The notes beneath the pieces are model-generated. The model saw only the letters and a program-made list of their open reading frames with translations, made no database searches and was not told the origin of the DNA. From Pseudomonadota bacterium (lineage in GTDB: Bacteria > Pseudomonadota > Alphaproteobacteria > Rhizobiales > Xanthobacteraceae), in NCBI GenBank assembly GCA_046733355.1, contig JBKPOZ010000126.1, positions 731 through 64,730 of the forward strand: 64,000 bases of DNA, written 5' to 3'. Position numbers and translations under genes: made by a program. The first letter of the stretch is position 1. Each line of letters opens with the position of its first letter. This document shows positions 9,155 to 19,089 of this stretch, one piece after another.

Positions 9155-9849
9155 TGCTCGCCGTGAACGCTATCGATCTGCACTATGGCGCGGCGCAGAC
9201 CTTGCGCGGCGTGTCGCTTGTCGCCGAGCCCGGCAAGGTGACCTGTGTCATGGGCAGGAACGGCGTCGGCAAGACGAGCCTTCTCGATGCGGTGGCCGGC
9301 CAGCATCCGGTGAGCAAAGGCACGATTATGCTTGACGGCGCTGATGTCACGCGACTTCCGGCGAGCGCGCGCGCGCGCCGCGGCATGGCCTACGTGCCGC
9401 AGGGCCGCGAGATCTTTCCGCTGCTCACGGTCGAGGAGAATCTCAAGACCGGCTTTGCCCCGCTCCCGCGCGAGCAGCGCTCCATTCCCGACGACGTGTT
9501 CGCGCTCTTTCCGGTGCTTGACGGCATGCGCAAGCGACGCGGCGGCGATCTTTCCGGCGGGCAGCAGCAGCAGCTCGCCATTGGCCGCGCGCTGGTCATG
9601 CGCCCGCGTCTTCTGTTGCTAGACGAGCCCACCGAGGGCATTCAGCCCTCCATCATCAAGGACATCGGCCGCGCCATTGCGTATTTGCGCAATCTCGGAA
9701 AGATCGCAATCGTGCTCGTCGAGCAGTATCTCGATTTCGCCCGCGAGCTGGGCGACTATTTCGCCGTGATGGACCGCGGCGCAATCGTGTATGCCTGCAC
9801 CCGCGCGGAGCTGGACGAGGTGGCGCTGCGCCGCGCCATGGCGATTTGA
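9154..9849 (+). CDS. urtE: Urea ABC transporter ATP-binding protein UrtE
   Basis: A 231-aa ORF with Walker A GRNGVGKT and signature LSGGQQQQLAIGRAL. Its start overlaps the urtD stop. Confidence 0.93.
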   Translation: MLAVNAIDLHYGAAQTLRGVSLVAEPGKVTCVMGRNGVGKTSLLDAVAGQHPVSKGTIMLDGADVTRLPASARARRGMAYVPQGREIFPLLTVEENLKTGFAPLPREQRSIPDDVFALFPVLDGMRKRRGGDLSGGQQQQLAIGRALVMRPRLLLLDEPTEGIQPSIIKDIGRAIAYLRNLGKIAIVLVEQYLDFARELGDYFAVMDRGAIVYACTRAELDEVALRRAMAI

Positions 9850-9850
9850 T

Positions 9851-10675
9851 ATGCAACGAGCACCGGCGTTGGCGGACGTATTTACGCAAAATCGCGCGCG
9901 AGGCCGCATTGCATTCTCGGTGCAGCAGCATGCGGGTGTCACGCGGCGCGCGCGGCTATTCGAGGAGGGCCCGCTGCGGCTGCGCTGCCCCAACTCCTCC
10001 GCCGCCGCGCTCGAAGCGGTGATCATCAACACGGCTGGGGGGATTGCGGGCGGCGACAGCCTGCGCATCGATCTGAGCATCGCGGAGAATGCCCACCTGA
10101 CGGTGACCACCGCGGCGGCTGAAAAAATCTATCGCAGCCTCGATCGGGATGCGGCCATCGATATCAAGGTCAAAGTGCAGTCTGGCGGGACGCTCGTCTG
10201 GCTGCCGCAGGAAACCATTCTCTTTGACCAGGCATGCCTCAAGCGCACCATCCACATCGATCTCGCGCGCTACGCGCCGCTCGTGTTTGCCGAAGCCGTC
10301 GTGTTCGGTCGCTCCGGGCACGGCGAGCAGCTTGCGCAAGGACGCCTCATCGACAGCTGGCGGCTTCATTGCGAAGGCCGTCTTCTCCACGCCGAGGCTG
10401 TGCGCTTCGACGACGCGATTGCGGAAAAACTTGCGCAGCGCGCGGTCACAGCAGGCAATATCGCTGTGGCGACGGTGCTGATCTATCCCGGGAATGAAAA
10501 ACTGGCGGAGGTGCTGCGGGCGCAAGAATTCTTCGGCGAGGTCGGCGTGTCTGCCTGGAAGGGCATTGCCATTGTACGCCTGTGCGCCCCCGAGGGCGTC
10601 GCGCTCAAGCGCGATCTCCTCACCGTGATCGGCTCGTTGCCATATGTCTCGCTTCCACGCATATGGTCCAACTGA
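9851..10675 (+). CDS. ureD: Urease accessory protein UreD
   Basis: The start is at MQRAPALADVF, 2 nt after the urtE stop. About 274 aa, UreD-like, located immediately upstream of ureABC. Confidence 0.85.
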   Translation: MQRAPALADVFTQNRARGRIAFSVQQHAGVTRRARLFEEGPLRLRCPNSSAAALEAVIINTAGGIAGGDSLRIDLSIAENAHLTVTTAAAEKIYRSLDRDAAIDIKVKVQSGGTLVWLPQETILFDQACLKRTIHIDLARYAPLVFAEAVVFGRSGHGEQLAQGRLIDSWRLHCEGRLLHAEAVRFDDAIAEKLAQRAVTAGNIAVATVLIYPGNEKLAEVLRAQEFFGEVGVSAWKGIAIVRLCAPEGVALKRDLLTVIGSLPYVSLPRIWSN

Positions 10676-10704
10676 AACTAATGTCACAGGCGCTTATCTC
10701 GATC

Positions 10705-10822
10705 CGTTATCCTGAGGCGCGAGCGAGCGCAGCGAGCGAGCCTCGAAGGATGCACGGCCTCCGCACGGGCCGGATCGTTCGAGGCTCGGCGCGTTGCGCC
10801 GAGCACCTCAGGATGACGGAGT
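10705..10822. repeat. REP-like element, family C (CCTGAGGCGCGAGCGAGCG.AGCGAGCGAGCCTCGAAGGATG, inverted pair)
   Basis: Two inverted arms flank a GC-rich spacer. A half copy is at 34245-34310. Confidence 0.8.
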
Positions 10823-10851
10823 GAGATGGGTGGTCGGAACGAGACTGCGCC

Positions 10852-11154
10852 ATGCATCTCACTCCACGCGAGAAAGATAAGCTCTTGATCGCCATGGCGG
10901 CGATGGTGGCGCGGCGGCGGCGCGAGCGCGGGGTGAAGCTCAACCATCCGGAAAGCGTCGCGCTCATCACCGATTTCATCGTTGAGGGCGCGCGCGACGG
11001 CAAGACCGTGGCCGAGCTGATGGAGGCGGGCGCGCATGTGCTCACGCGCGCCGACGTCATGGAGGGCATCCCCGAGATGATCAAGGAGATCCAGGTCGAG
11101 GCCACGTTTCCGGACGGCACCAAGCTTGTCACCGTCCACGAACCGATTCGGTAG
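10852..11154 (+). CDS. ureA: Urease subunit gamma
   Basis: A 100-aa [37 protein letters not shown]..., the canonical UreA N-terminus. Confidence 0.97.
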   Translation: MHLTPREKDKLLIAMAAMVARRRRERGVKLNHPESVALITDFIVEGARDGKTVAELMEAGAHVLTRADVMEGIPEMIKEIQVEATFPDGTKLVTVHEPIR

Positions 11155-11159
11155 CAGCT

Positions 11160-11465
11160 GTGATTCCGGGCGAGAAGTTCATCAAGAAAGGCGAGATCGA
11201 GCTCAACAAGGGGCGCAGGACCGTCACCCTCGCGGTCACCAATACGGGTGACCGGCCCATCCAGGTGGGCTCGCATTATCATTTCTTTGAAACCAATCCG
11301 GCGCTGAAGTTCGATCGCAAGAAAGCGCGCGGCATGCGGCTCGATATTGCCGCGGGCACGGCAGTTCGCTTCGAGCCGGGGCAGACGCGCGACGTGACGC
11401 TCGTCGAGCTTTCCGGCAAGCGCACCATCTACGGCTTTCGCCAGGAAGTGATGGGAAAGCTGTGA
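11160..11465 (+). CDS. ureB: Urease subunit beta
   Basis: A 101-aa ORF (GTG start), [19 protein letters not shown]...[11 protein letters not shown], a canonical UreB. Confidence 0.96.
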   Translation: MIPGEKFIKKGEIELNKGRRTVTLAVTNTGDRPIQVGSHYHFFETNPALKFDRKKARGMRLDIAAGTAVRFEPGQTRDVTLVELSGKRTIYGFRQEVMGKL

Positions 11466-11483
11466 ATATGCCTGGAGTAGCAG

Positions 11484-13196
11484 ATGCCGATGCGCCTTGA
11501 GCGTTCCGTCTATGCCGACATGTTCGGCCCGACCACCGGTGACCGCGTGCGCCTTGCGGATACCGACATCATCATCGAGGTCGAGCACGATCACACTACC
11601 TACGGCGAGGAGGTGAAGTTCGGCGGCGGCAAGGTAATCCGGGACGGCATGGGCCAGAGCCAGCTCAGTCAGCGCCAGGGCGCGGTGGATACCGTCATCA
11701 CCAATGCGCTCATCCTCGACCACTGGGGCATCGTCAAAGCCGATATCGGCATCAGATCGGGCCGCATCACCGCGATTGGCAAAGCCGGCAACCCCGACAT
11801 CCAGCCCGATGTGACCATCGTGGTCGGACCCGGCACCGAGGTGATCGCAGGCGAAGGAAAGATTCTCACCGCCGGGGGTTTCGATACCCACATCCATTTC
11901 ATCTGCCCGCAGCAGGTGGAAGAGGCGCTCATGTCGGGCGTGACGTCCATGCTCGGGGGTGGCACCGGACCCGCGCACGGCACATTCGCGACCACCTGCA
12001 CGCCCGGGCCCTGGCACATCGGCCGCATGATCCAGGCCGCGGATGGCTTGCCGATGAATCTCGGGTTCGCCGGCAAGGGCAACGCCTCGCGTCCCGCCGC
12101 GCTCGAGGAGATGATCAAGGCGGGCGCCTGCTCGCTGAAGCTGCACGAGGACTGGGGCACCACGCCCGCGGCGATTGACTGCTGCCTCTCGGTTGCCGAC
12201 GACTACGACGTGCAGGTCATGATCCACACCGACACGCTCAACGAGTCCGGATTCGTCGAGGACACCATCGCTGCGTTCAACGGGCGCACCATTCACGCCT
12301 TCCACACCGAGGGCGCCGGGGGCGGGCATGCGCCCGACATCATCAAGGTCGCGGGGTTGCGCAATGTGCTCCCGTCATCCACCAATCCGACGCGGCCTTT
12401 CACCAAGAACACCATCGACGAACATCTCGACATGCTGATGGTCTGCCATCATCTGGATCCGTCGATCGCGGAGGATCTCGCCTTTGCGGAGAGCCGTATC
12501 CGCAAGGAGACCATTGCGGCCGAGGACATCCTGCACGACATGGGCGCGCTCTCGATGATGTCCTCGGACAGCCAGGCCATGGGGCGCATCGGCGAGGTGA
12601 TCATCCGCACATGGCAGACCGCGGACAAGATGAAAAAGCAGCGCGGGCGGCTGCCTGAGGAGAAAGGCGACAACGACAACGTGCGCGCCAAGCGGTACGT
12701 CGCCAAATACACGATCAACCCGGCGATCGCGCACGGCGTGTCGAAGCACATCGGCTCCGTGGAGAAGGGCAAGCTCGCCGATCTCGTGCTGTGGTCGCCC
12801 GCCTTCTTCGGCGTGAAGCCTGACTGCATCATCAAGGGCGGCAGCATTGTTGCCGCGCCGATGGGCGATCCCAATGCATCGATTCCCACTCCCCAGCCGG
12901 TGCACTACCGGCCGATGTTCGCGGCCTATGGGCGCGCGCAGACCGCCTGCGCCGTGGTTTTCGTCTCGAAGGCGGCCGTACAAGCCGGTATGCGCCGCAG
13001 CCTCGGCGTGGAGAAGGAGTTTCTGTCAGTCGAGAACACACGCGGCAAAATCTCGAAAAAGAGCATGGTGCACAACGACGCCACCCCGAAGATCGAGGTG
13101 GATCCGGAAACCTACGAGGTGCGCGCCGACGGCGAGTTGCTCACCTGCCCCCCCGCCGACGTCCTCCCCATGGCGCAGCGCTACTTTTTGTTTTGA
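11484..13196 (+). CDS. ureC: Urease subunit alpha
   Basis: A 570-aa ORF with the nickel-site motifs ([33 protein letters not shown]). Confidence 0.98.
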   Translation: MPMRLERSVYADMFGPTTGDRVRLADTDIIIEVEHDHTTYGEEVKFGGGKVIRDGMGQSQLSQRQGAVDTVITNALILDHWGIVKADIGIRSGRITAIGKAGNPDIQPDVTIVVGPGTEVIAGEGKILTAGGFDTHIHFICPQQVEEALMSGVTSMLGGGTGPAHGTFATTCTPGPWHIGRMIQAADGLPMNLGFAGKGNASRPAALEEMIKAGACSLKLHEDWGTTPAAIDCCLSVADDYDVQVMIHTDTLNESGFVEDTIAAFNGRTIHAFHTEGAGGGHAPDIIKVAGLRNVLPSSTNPTRPFTKNTIDEHLDMLMVCHHLDPSIAEDLAFAESRIRKETIAAEDILHDMGALSMMSSDSQAMGRIGEVIIRTWQTADKMKKQRGRLPEEKGDNDNVRAKRYVAKYTINPAIAHGVSKHIGSVEKGKLADLVLWSPAFFGVKPDCIIKGGSIVAAPMGDPNASIPTPQPVHYRPMFAAYGRAQTACAVVFVSKAAVQAGMRRSLGVEKEFLSVENTRGKISKKSMVHNDATPKIEVDPETYEVRADGELLTCPPADVLPMAQRYFLF

Positions 13197-13675
13197 TGAC
13201 CTCGACCGTCCCGCGTGCGACCTCAGTATGCGCGATCGACATGCGCAATCGCGCCCGCGTGATTGACGAGGTGGTGCTCGCGGCCGACGAGCGCCACCGC
13301 CGTCGTGTTGCGCTCACCGGCGCGCGCGGCACCGCGTTTCTGCTCGATCTGCCGCACGCGACCGTGCTGCGCGACGGCTATGGCCTCGTGCTCGAGGATG
13401 GCGCAATCGTGCGCGTCGTCGGAAAGCCCGAGCCGCTCGTCGAAATCACTGCAGCGAATGCCGCCGAGCTCGCGCGCCTGGCGTGGCACATCGGGAACCG
13501 ACACACCGAGGTGCAGGTCGTCGGCCAATCTCTGCGCATCCGCCGCGACCACGTGCTTGAAGAAATGCTGCGCGGCCTCGGCGCGCATCTGCATCCGATC
13601 GAAGTACCCTTCGAGCCCGAAACCGGCGCCTACCACTCGCATGGCCACCACCAGGACCACGATGACCACGCGTAA
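13193..13675 (+). CDS. ureE: Urease accessory protein UreE
   Basis: A 160-aa ORF overlapping the ureC stop. It has a His-rich C-terminus ([13 protein letters not shown]) and the UreE position in the cluster. Confidence 0.85.
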   Translation: MMTSTVPRATSVCAIDMRNRARVIDEVVLAADERHRRRVALTGARGTAFLLDLPHATVLRDGYGLVLEDGAIVRVVGKPEPLVEITAANAAELARLAWHIGNRHTEVQVVGQSLRIRRDHVLEEMLRGLGAHLHPIEVPFEPETGAYHSHGHHQDHDDHA

Positions 13676-13690
13676 AATTCGCGGGCTCGT

Positions 13691-13760
13691 CCGTTCGTCC
13701 CCGCGAAAACGGGGACCCAGGATTGTGGATTCCCGACCGCGGGGGAATGAGCGGTCGAAC
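13691..13760. repeat. REP-like element, family A copy 2
   Basis: CCGTTCGTCCCCGCGAAAACGGGGACCCAGGATTGTGGATTCCCGACCGCGGGGGAATGAGCGG, homologous to 2214-2274. Confidence 0.85.
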
Positions 13761-14432
13761 GACCTTGATGCGCCGGCGCTCTATCGGCTCATGGCGTGGC
13801 TGTCGCCCGCGTTTCCGACGGGCGCATTCTCCTATTCGAGCGGCCTCGAATGGGCGGTGCAGGCCGGCGATGTGACCGACGAGGATTCGCTGCGTGCGTG
13901 GCTCAAAGTGATCATGCGAGAGGGCAGCGGGTTCTGTGACGCGGTTTTCTTTACGCATGCTTATCGCGCAGCCGCGCAGCACGATTCCGCGCACCTGCGG
14001 GAGACTGCCGAGCTCGCGCTCGCTTTCGCGTCCAGCAAGGAAAAATATTTGGAGACCACGGCCCAGGGCCGCGCTTTCCTCGATACCGTGCGTGCCGCCT
14101 GGCCGGCCGAGATGTTCGGCCAGCCCGATGCCGATATCGCGCTGCCTATCGCGGTTGCGCGTGCATGTGCGGCGCATGGCATTCCGGAAAAGCCGGCGCT
14201 CGCCTGTCTGCTGCAGGCCTACACCGCCAATCTCGTTTCCGCCGGCGTGCGCCTCATTCCCCTCGGCCAGACGCAGGGCCAGCGGCTCATTGCGCAGCTC
14301 GAACCTCTCGTGCTCGCGACGGCGGAACGCGCTGCCTCGACGTCGCTCGATGACACCGGCAGCATCACGCTGCGTGCAGACCTCGCCTCGATGCGCCACG
14401 AAACCCAGTACACGCGATTGTTCAGATCGTGA
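13725..14432 (+). CDS. ureF: Urease accessory protein UreF (start uncertain: GTG 13725 or ATG 13791)
   Basis: The frame of ORF 13263..14432 carries ...[27 protein letters not shown], the conserved UreF N-terminal motif. The ATG at 13791 would truncate this motif, and the only in-frame upstream start (GTG 13725) lies inside REP A. Confidence 0.8.
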   Translation: MDSRPRGNERSNDLDAPALYRLMAWLSPAFPTGAFSYSSGLEWAVQAGDVTDEDSLRAWLKVIMREGSGFCDAVFFTHAYRAAAQHDSAHLRETAELALAFASSKEKYLETTAQGRAFLDTVRAAWPAEMFGQPDADIALPIAVARACAAHGIPEKPALACLLQAYTANLVSAGVRLIPLGQTQGQRLIAQLEPLVLATAERAASTSLDDTGSITLRADLASMRHETQYTRLFRS

Positions 14433-15061
14433 AAATGAGCACGCACGGGCCGCTGCGCGTCGGTGTCGGCGGGCCGGTGGGCTCCGGCAAGACCGCGCTC
14501 ATGGACGCGCTCTGCAAGCGCCTGCGCGGATCCTACGAGATTGCCGCCATTACCAACGACATCTACACGAAATGGGACGCCGAGTTTCTTGTGCGCTCCG
14601 GCGCGCTCGCGCCCGAGCGCATCGCGGGCGTCGAGACGGGCGGCTGCCCGCATACCGCCATCCGCGAGGACGCCTCCATCAATCTCGCGGCCGTCGCCGA
14701 GATGCAGAAGAAGTTTCCCGCACTCGATCTCGTGCTCATAGAATCGGGCGGCGACAATCTTGCTGCCACCTTCTCGCCCGAGCTTGCGGATCTCACGATT
14801 TACGTCATCGATGTCGCCGCCGGCGACAAGATCCCGCAAAAAGGTGGCCCCGGCATCACGCGCTCCGACCTTCTGGTGATCAACAAGATCGATCTTGCGC
14901 CTTACGTCGGTGCCTCGCTCGAAGTAATGGAGCGCGATGCGAAAAAAATGCGCGGCGCGCGCCCGTTCGTCTTTACTAACCTGCGCAGCGGCGATGGCGT
15001 CGAGCCGATCGCGACATTCATCGAGGAGAAAGGCGGGTTGCGTGCTACGATTTCGGCATGA
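14429..15061 (+). CDS. ureG: Urease accessory GTPase UreG
   Basis: A 210-aa ORF with P-loop [11 protein letters not shown] and the ESGGDNL motif. GTG 14429 overlaps the ureF stop; ATG 14435 is an alternative start. Confidence 0.95.
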   Translation: MKMSTHGPLRVGVGGPVGSGKTALMDALCKRLRGSYEIAAITNDIYTKWDAEFLVRSGALAPERIAGVETGGCPHTAIREDASINLAAVAEMQKKFPALDLVLIESGGDNLAATFSPELADLTIYVIDVAAGDKIPQKGGPGITRSDLLVINKIDLAPYVGASLEVMERDAKKMRGARPFVFTNLRSGDGVEPIATFIEEKGGLRATISA

Positions 15062-15903
15062 AGCTCCTGAGCTATAGCGTTGCGGGAAAGCAAAGCTTTG
15101 GGGCAGTGGCCGGCGAGGGCGTCATTGATCTCCGCGAGCGCCTTTCCGGCCACTGCGCGACCCTGCGCGAGGCTCTTGCCGCCGACGCGATTACGGAAAT
15201 GAGGCAAATCGCCGAGGTAACAAAACCCGATCACCGGCTTGGCGAGATCACCTTTCTGCCGCCCATTACGCAGCCGGAAAAAATTCTCTGCGCCGGCATC
15301 AACTACCACTCACACGCGGTGGAGACCGGCCGTGACATCCCCAAGGCGCCGAGCATGTTTCTGCGTCTTTCCAGCACGCTGGTGGCGCACAACGGCGCGC
15401 TGGTGCGTCCTTCGGTTTCCACCCAATTCAATTACGAGGGCGAACTCGCCCTCGTCATCGGCCGCCCCGGCCGGCAAATCGCGGAGGAACGCGCGCTCGA
15501 TCATGTGGCCGGCTACAGCTGCTTCGTCGACGGCAGCGTGCGCGATTACCAAAGATTCTCCGTCACGGCCGGAAAGAATTTCCCAAACACCGGGGCGCTC
15601 GGACCGTGGATCGTGACCACCGACGAAATCGGCGATCCCGCGCGGCTCGTCCTTGTCACGCGGCTGAACGGCCGCGAGGTGCAGCGAGCGACCACCGATC
15701 TCCTCATCCATTCGGTCGCGCGCATCGTCTCCTTCTGTTCGCAGTTCACCGCGCTCGCGCCCGGCGATGTCATCGCCACCGGCACGCCCGAGGGCGTCGG
15801 CCAGAGCCGCCGGCCGCCGCTGTGGCTCAAGGCAGGCGACTTGCTCGAAGTGGAAATCTCCCGCGTCGGCGCGCTGCGCAGCCGTGTCGTTGACGGCACA
15901 TAG
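15058..15903 (+). CDS. Fumarylacetoacetate hydrolase (FAH) family protein
   Basis: A 281-aa ORF with FAH-fold motifs ([36 protein letters not shown]). It has an ATGA overlap with the ureG stop. Confidence 0.85.
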   Translation: MKLLSYSVAGKQSFGAVAGEGVIDLRERLSGHCATLREALAADAITEMRQIAEVTKPDHRLGEITFLPPITQPEKILCAGINYHSHAVETGRDIPKAPSMFLRLSSTLVAHNGALVRPSVSTQFNYEGELALVIGRPGRQIAEERALDHVAGYSCFVDGSVRDYQRFSVTAGKNFPNTGALGPWIVTTDEIGDPARLVLVTRLNGREVQRATTDLLIHSVARIVSFCSQFTALAPGDVIATGTPEGVGQSRRPPLWLKAGDLLEVEISRVGALRSRVVDGT

Positions 15904-15909
15904 TCCGCA

Positions 15910-16227
15910 TCACTCGCCGATCTCCTTCGCGGAGAGCCTGTCGTCGCCGACGAACAGCCAGCCGCCCGCATAGAGGAGCGTCACTTCCTTGGTGGTTGGC
16001 AATTCGGAAACGATTTGCTGCAGGTCCGCTGCATGCACAGCAATCTCGTCTCTCCACTTCCCCGTCGCCTTCAGATTCGTCGCGGCGAGGCGCGTCTCGA
16101 TCCAGAAGCCGCCGTCCTCGGCATAAAGGAGCGTGAGGTCACCTTCGGCGTCCGGCCCGCTGCGCAGCTTGGTCACCGCGCGCTTGAGGGCGAGCCGATT
16201 GACCGTGACTTCGTTGGCGGGGTGCAT
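15910..16227 (-). CDS. Hypothetical protein (about 105 aa)
   Basis: ORF 15910..16272, with the start placed at MHPANEVTVNRL. Third-position GC is high and no family was recognised. Confidence 0.5.
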   Translation of the reverse strand: MHPANEVTVNRLALKRAVTKLRSGPDAEGDLTLLYAEDGGFWIETRLAATNLKATGKWRDEIAVHAADLQQIVSELPTTKEVTLLYAGGWLFVGDDRLSAKEIGE

Positions 16228-16284
16228 GGTCTGATCCCTCCTCCGCGTAGCGGTGGAGGGTGGCCGCCGCAAGACAGCCGGCGC

Positions 16285-17247
16285 TCAGGCAGCGCCGAGC
16301 CGGACGACGCGTTTGCCGGTGCCGGCGAGGCGGCGCATTTGCGCCGCGATCTCGGGCGCGGAGAGGCCGCGCACAAGAATGCTCTCGGCCTCGCGGCGGG
16401 CGAAGTCGAGCACGCCCGCGGCAACGTCGGCTTCAATGAGGAGAACGTCGGCGCAGGCAAGCGCGCGAACCGCGCGCAAGGTGAGCAGCTCGGGATCGTG
16501 CGGCACCGGAGAGATCACAGTGACGTCGGCCAAAGGCGCATCGTCTCGCACGGAGCGATCGAGCAGCTCGGCAAAAAACGCCGGCTGCGGCTCACGCTCG
16601 GGCTGCGCTATCGCGACACTTGCAAAGTTCTGCCAAAAGCGGCGGCGCACCGCGAATGAAAGGCGGTAATTGCTCATGCGAACGCGCCAGCGCTGCGCCG
16701 CTGCGGCCCAGCGGGCGAAGCCGTGCGGGATGAGTGTTTCGAGGCGCGTGCGGATCGCCTGCGCCAAGGCCGGCGCGGCGCCATCCGTCGAAATACCGAT
16801 CACCAGCGGCGAGCGGTTGACGATAGCCCCGAATGAAAAATCACAAAAAACCGGCTTGTCGATGACGTTGACCAGAACGCCCGCTGCGCGCGCGGCCTGC
16901 GCGAAGCGCGCGGCTTCGTCTTTTCCGCCGAAATCGCCGATTGCCACGGCGGCGCCCGTCAGGTCCTTCGGCTGCCACGCGCGCGCATGCAGATCTATAC
17001 GCGTGCGCCCCGACGGTTCGCCGAGCGCGCGAAGCTCTTCACAGAATGTTTCGGCATAGACATCGACGGATGCGCCGGCAGCGGCGACCAGCTCGGCCTT
17101 CCAGGCCGCCGCGGCAGTGCCCCCCGCCACCACCGCGCGTTTGCCCTCGAGCGCAAGAAATACGGGTAGCCGCGCGAGTGGCTGCATGCGGGACTGCGTC
17201 AAGCCCGCGCATGACGGATCAGCATCAGGTTTGAAGCGCACGTTCAT
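16285..17247 (-). CDS. CysG-like precorrin-2 dehydrogenase/sirohydrochlorin ferrochelatase with a truncated C-terminal methyltransferase remnant
   Basis: LPVFLALEGKRAVVAGGTAAAAWKAELVAAAGASV matches a CysG N-terminal NAD-binding domain. The last 85 aa or so align with the start of the SUMT domain but end at VVRLGAA*. The start is ATG 17247 or 17187. The upstream part of ORF 16285..17889 overlaps the next gene and is not coding. Confidence 0.75.
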   Translation of the reverse strand: MNVRFKPDADPSCAGLTQSRMQPLARLPVFLALEGKRAVVAGGTAAAAWKAELVAAAGASVDVYAETFCEELRALGEPSGRTRIDLHARAWQPKDLTGAAVAIGDFGGKDEAARFAQAARAAGVLVNVIDKPVFCDFSFGAIVNRSPLVIGISTDGAAPALAQAIRTRLETLIPHGFARWAAAAQRWRVRMSNYRLSFAVRRRFWQNFASVAIAQPEREPQPAFFAELLDRSVRDDAPLADVTVISPVPHDPELLTLRAVRALACADVLLIEADVAAGVLDFARREAESILVRGLSAPEIAAQMRRLAGTGKRVVRLGAA

Positions 17248-17297
17248 GGCGGATGATGCGTTTGAGCTCCGGCAGGCACAGGCTCTCGCGGTACCGT

Positions 17298-18914
17298 CTA
17301 ATAAACATCCTGCTGGTAGCGGCCAGATTTTTTGAGATCGGCCACAAAAGCGACCGCCTCGTTCGTGCTGCGGACGCCGAACTTCGCCACCACGTCGATG
17401 AGCGCGCGCTCGACATCGCGCGCCATGTGCCTGGCGTCGCCGCAGATGTAGACATGCGCGCCTTCGGCGAGCCAGCACCAGAGGTCGCGGCCGACCTCGC
17501 GCATGCGGTCCTGCACGTAGATCTTCTGCTCGCCATCGCGCGACCAGGCCAGCGTGAGGCGCGTGAGCACGCGCGCGGCCTTCATGCCGGTGAGCTCTTC
17601 TTCGTAAAAGAAGTCGCAGGCGCTGCGCTGATGGCCGAAGAACAGCCAATTGCGGCCCGGTGCCCGGGTTGCCATGCGTTCGTGCAAAAACGCGCGGAAC
17701 GGCGCAATACCGGTCCCGGGGCCGATCATGATGATGGGTAGAGTTGGATCGCCGGGCAGGTTGAAATGCTCGGCCTTCTGCACGTACGCCTTGACGCGCT
17801 CGCCCTCGCGAATGCGATCTGCAAAGAAGGTGGATGCAACGCCGAGCCGCGTACGCCCGTTGATCGGGTAGCGGACCGCGTCGATGCACAGGCCAATCCG
17901 CGTTGGGTCGACCTTCGGTGAGGAGGCAATGGAATAGAGCCGCGGCTGCAGCGGATCGAGCGCCTCGATAAAGGCTTCCGGGTCCGGCCGCACACCGGAA
18001 AACATCTCGATCGCGGCGAGCACATCGAGCGCCTCGGCATCGGCATCCTCGCCGGCGGCCAAAGCCTTGGCTTTCTGCCGCCGCTCGCCACCGGTGAGAT
18101 AGGAGAACAGCGTGAACAGCATATCGGGCGCCAGCCCAAGCGACACGGCGTCCGTGAGCTCCTCGCGCAGCGTGCGCCCGCCGATGGGGAAGTCGGCCGG
18201 CACATGCAGCGCGGCAATGACTGCCTCGACCAGCGCGGGCGGATTTTTAGGAAACACACCCAATGAATCGCCGACGCGATATTCGAGACCGCATCCGGAA
18301 ATATCGATCTCGACGTGCCAGGTCTCTTTCTGCGAGCCCGGCTTGTTGAGCCGCGTGCGCGAGAGAAACACGGCGTCGACAGGGCTCTCCCGCGCTCGTG
18401 CTGCCGGAGTGGTCTGGGCGGCGGGCTTTTCGGGCGCGACAGACCCGGTCGATGCGGTGCGCGAGGATGCCGCGCCGTCCAGTTCCTGATGCAGCGTCTT
18501 GAGCGTGCGCGCGGTTTCCTTGCCGCCGGGCACGCACAGGTTGAGGCGGTCTTCGTTTTTCGAAAAGATCGCGTTCGCGTAATCCGCGCAATTATATCCG
18601 CACTGGCCGCAGTCCTGCTGGCCCATCGCCGCCATCATGCGGCGCGGAAGCGCGCGACCGTCCGCAAGGCGCATGCGGTCGGCGAGGGGCATCGCCGGGT
18701 CGTGCCAGGGCGCATCGTCCTCGGCCACCGGCGTTTCGGCCGGAATGCCGGCAATCAGCGCATCGCCGTGTTCGGGCGAGAGCGGCATGATGCCGGTCTG
18801 ATCAAGCCCGAGATAGCCGGCAAAGAATCCGTTGAGCCAGGCGCGCTGCTCCGCCGAGAACGGCGCCGTCTCGGGGACAATCCTGGCAAATGGCAGCGGA
18901 ACGGGCTGAGTCAT
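17298..18914 (-). CDS. CysJ-like NADPH-dependent flavoprotein (FAD/NADPH domains; no flavodoxin domain; Cys-rich N-terminal domain)
   Basis: The start is at MTQPVPLPF. The C-terminal part has FNR-type motifs (RLYSIASSP, IMIGPGTGIAPFRAF, YVCGD...M, terminal QQDVY). The N-terminal 150 aa carry QDCGQCGYNC instead of an FMN domain. Confidence 0.85.
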   Translation of the reverse strand: MTQPVPLPFARIVPETAPFSAEQRAWLNGFFAGYLGLDQTGIMPLSPEHGDALIAGIPAETPVAEDDAPWHDPAMPLADRMRLADGRALPRRMMAAMGQQDCGQCGYNCADYANAIFSKNEDRLNLCVPGGKETARTLKTLHQELDGAASSRTASTGSVAPEKPAAQTTPAARARESPVDAVFLSRTRLNKPGSQKETWHVEIDISGCGLEYRVGDSLGVFPKNPPALVEAVIAALHVPADFPIGGRTLREELTDAVSLGLAPDMLFTLFSYLTGGERRQKAKALAAGEDADAEALDVLAAIEMFSGVRPDPEAFIEALDPLQPRLYSIASSPKVDPTRIGLCIDAVRYPINGRTRLGVASTFFADRIREGERVKAYVQKAEHFNLPGDPTLPIIMIGPGTGIAPFRAFLHERMATRAPGRNWLFFGHQRSACDFFYEEELTGMKAARVLTRLTLAWSRDGEQKIYVQDRMREVGRDLWCWLAEGAHVYICGDARHMARDVERALIDVVAKFGVRSTNEAVAFVADLKKSGRYQQDVY

Positions 18915-18931
18915 GCGCTTGCCTCGTAGCC

Positions 18932-19057
18932 GTAGGGTGGGCAAAGGCGCGGTACTCGGCGCTCAGGCGTATGCAAAATTGCGCGCGCGCCGTGCCCACG
19001 CCGGACGATCCGACCGCGTGCGCACGGCGTGCAAGCACACGCCTTTGCGCACCCTAC
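18932..19057. repeat. REP-like element, family D (GTAGGGTGGGCAAAGGCG ... CGCCTTTGCGCACCCTAC)
   Basis: 18-bp terminal inverted repeats enclose about 90 bp, located between nirA and the flavoprotein gene. Confidence 0.8.
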
Positions 19058-19089
19058 GATACGCGCGCACATTTTTGCGCGCCCGACAA

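Noticed and set aside
10707-12329. A 540-aa ORF on the minus strand across ureA-ureC.
   Set aside because: It is antisense to canonical urease subunits. It has no recognisable motifs and a shadow-ORF composition.
17248-17889. The upstream 200+ codons of ORF 16285..17889.
   Set aside because: This part overlaps the 3' end of the flavoprotein gene in another frame and is Arg-rich nonsense. CysG-like similarity begins only at about 17247/17187.
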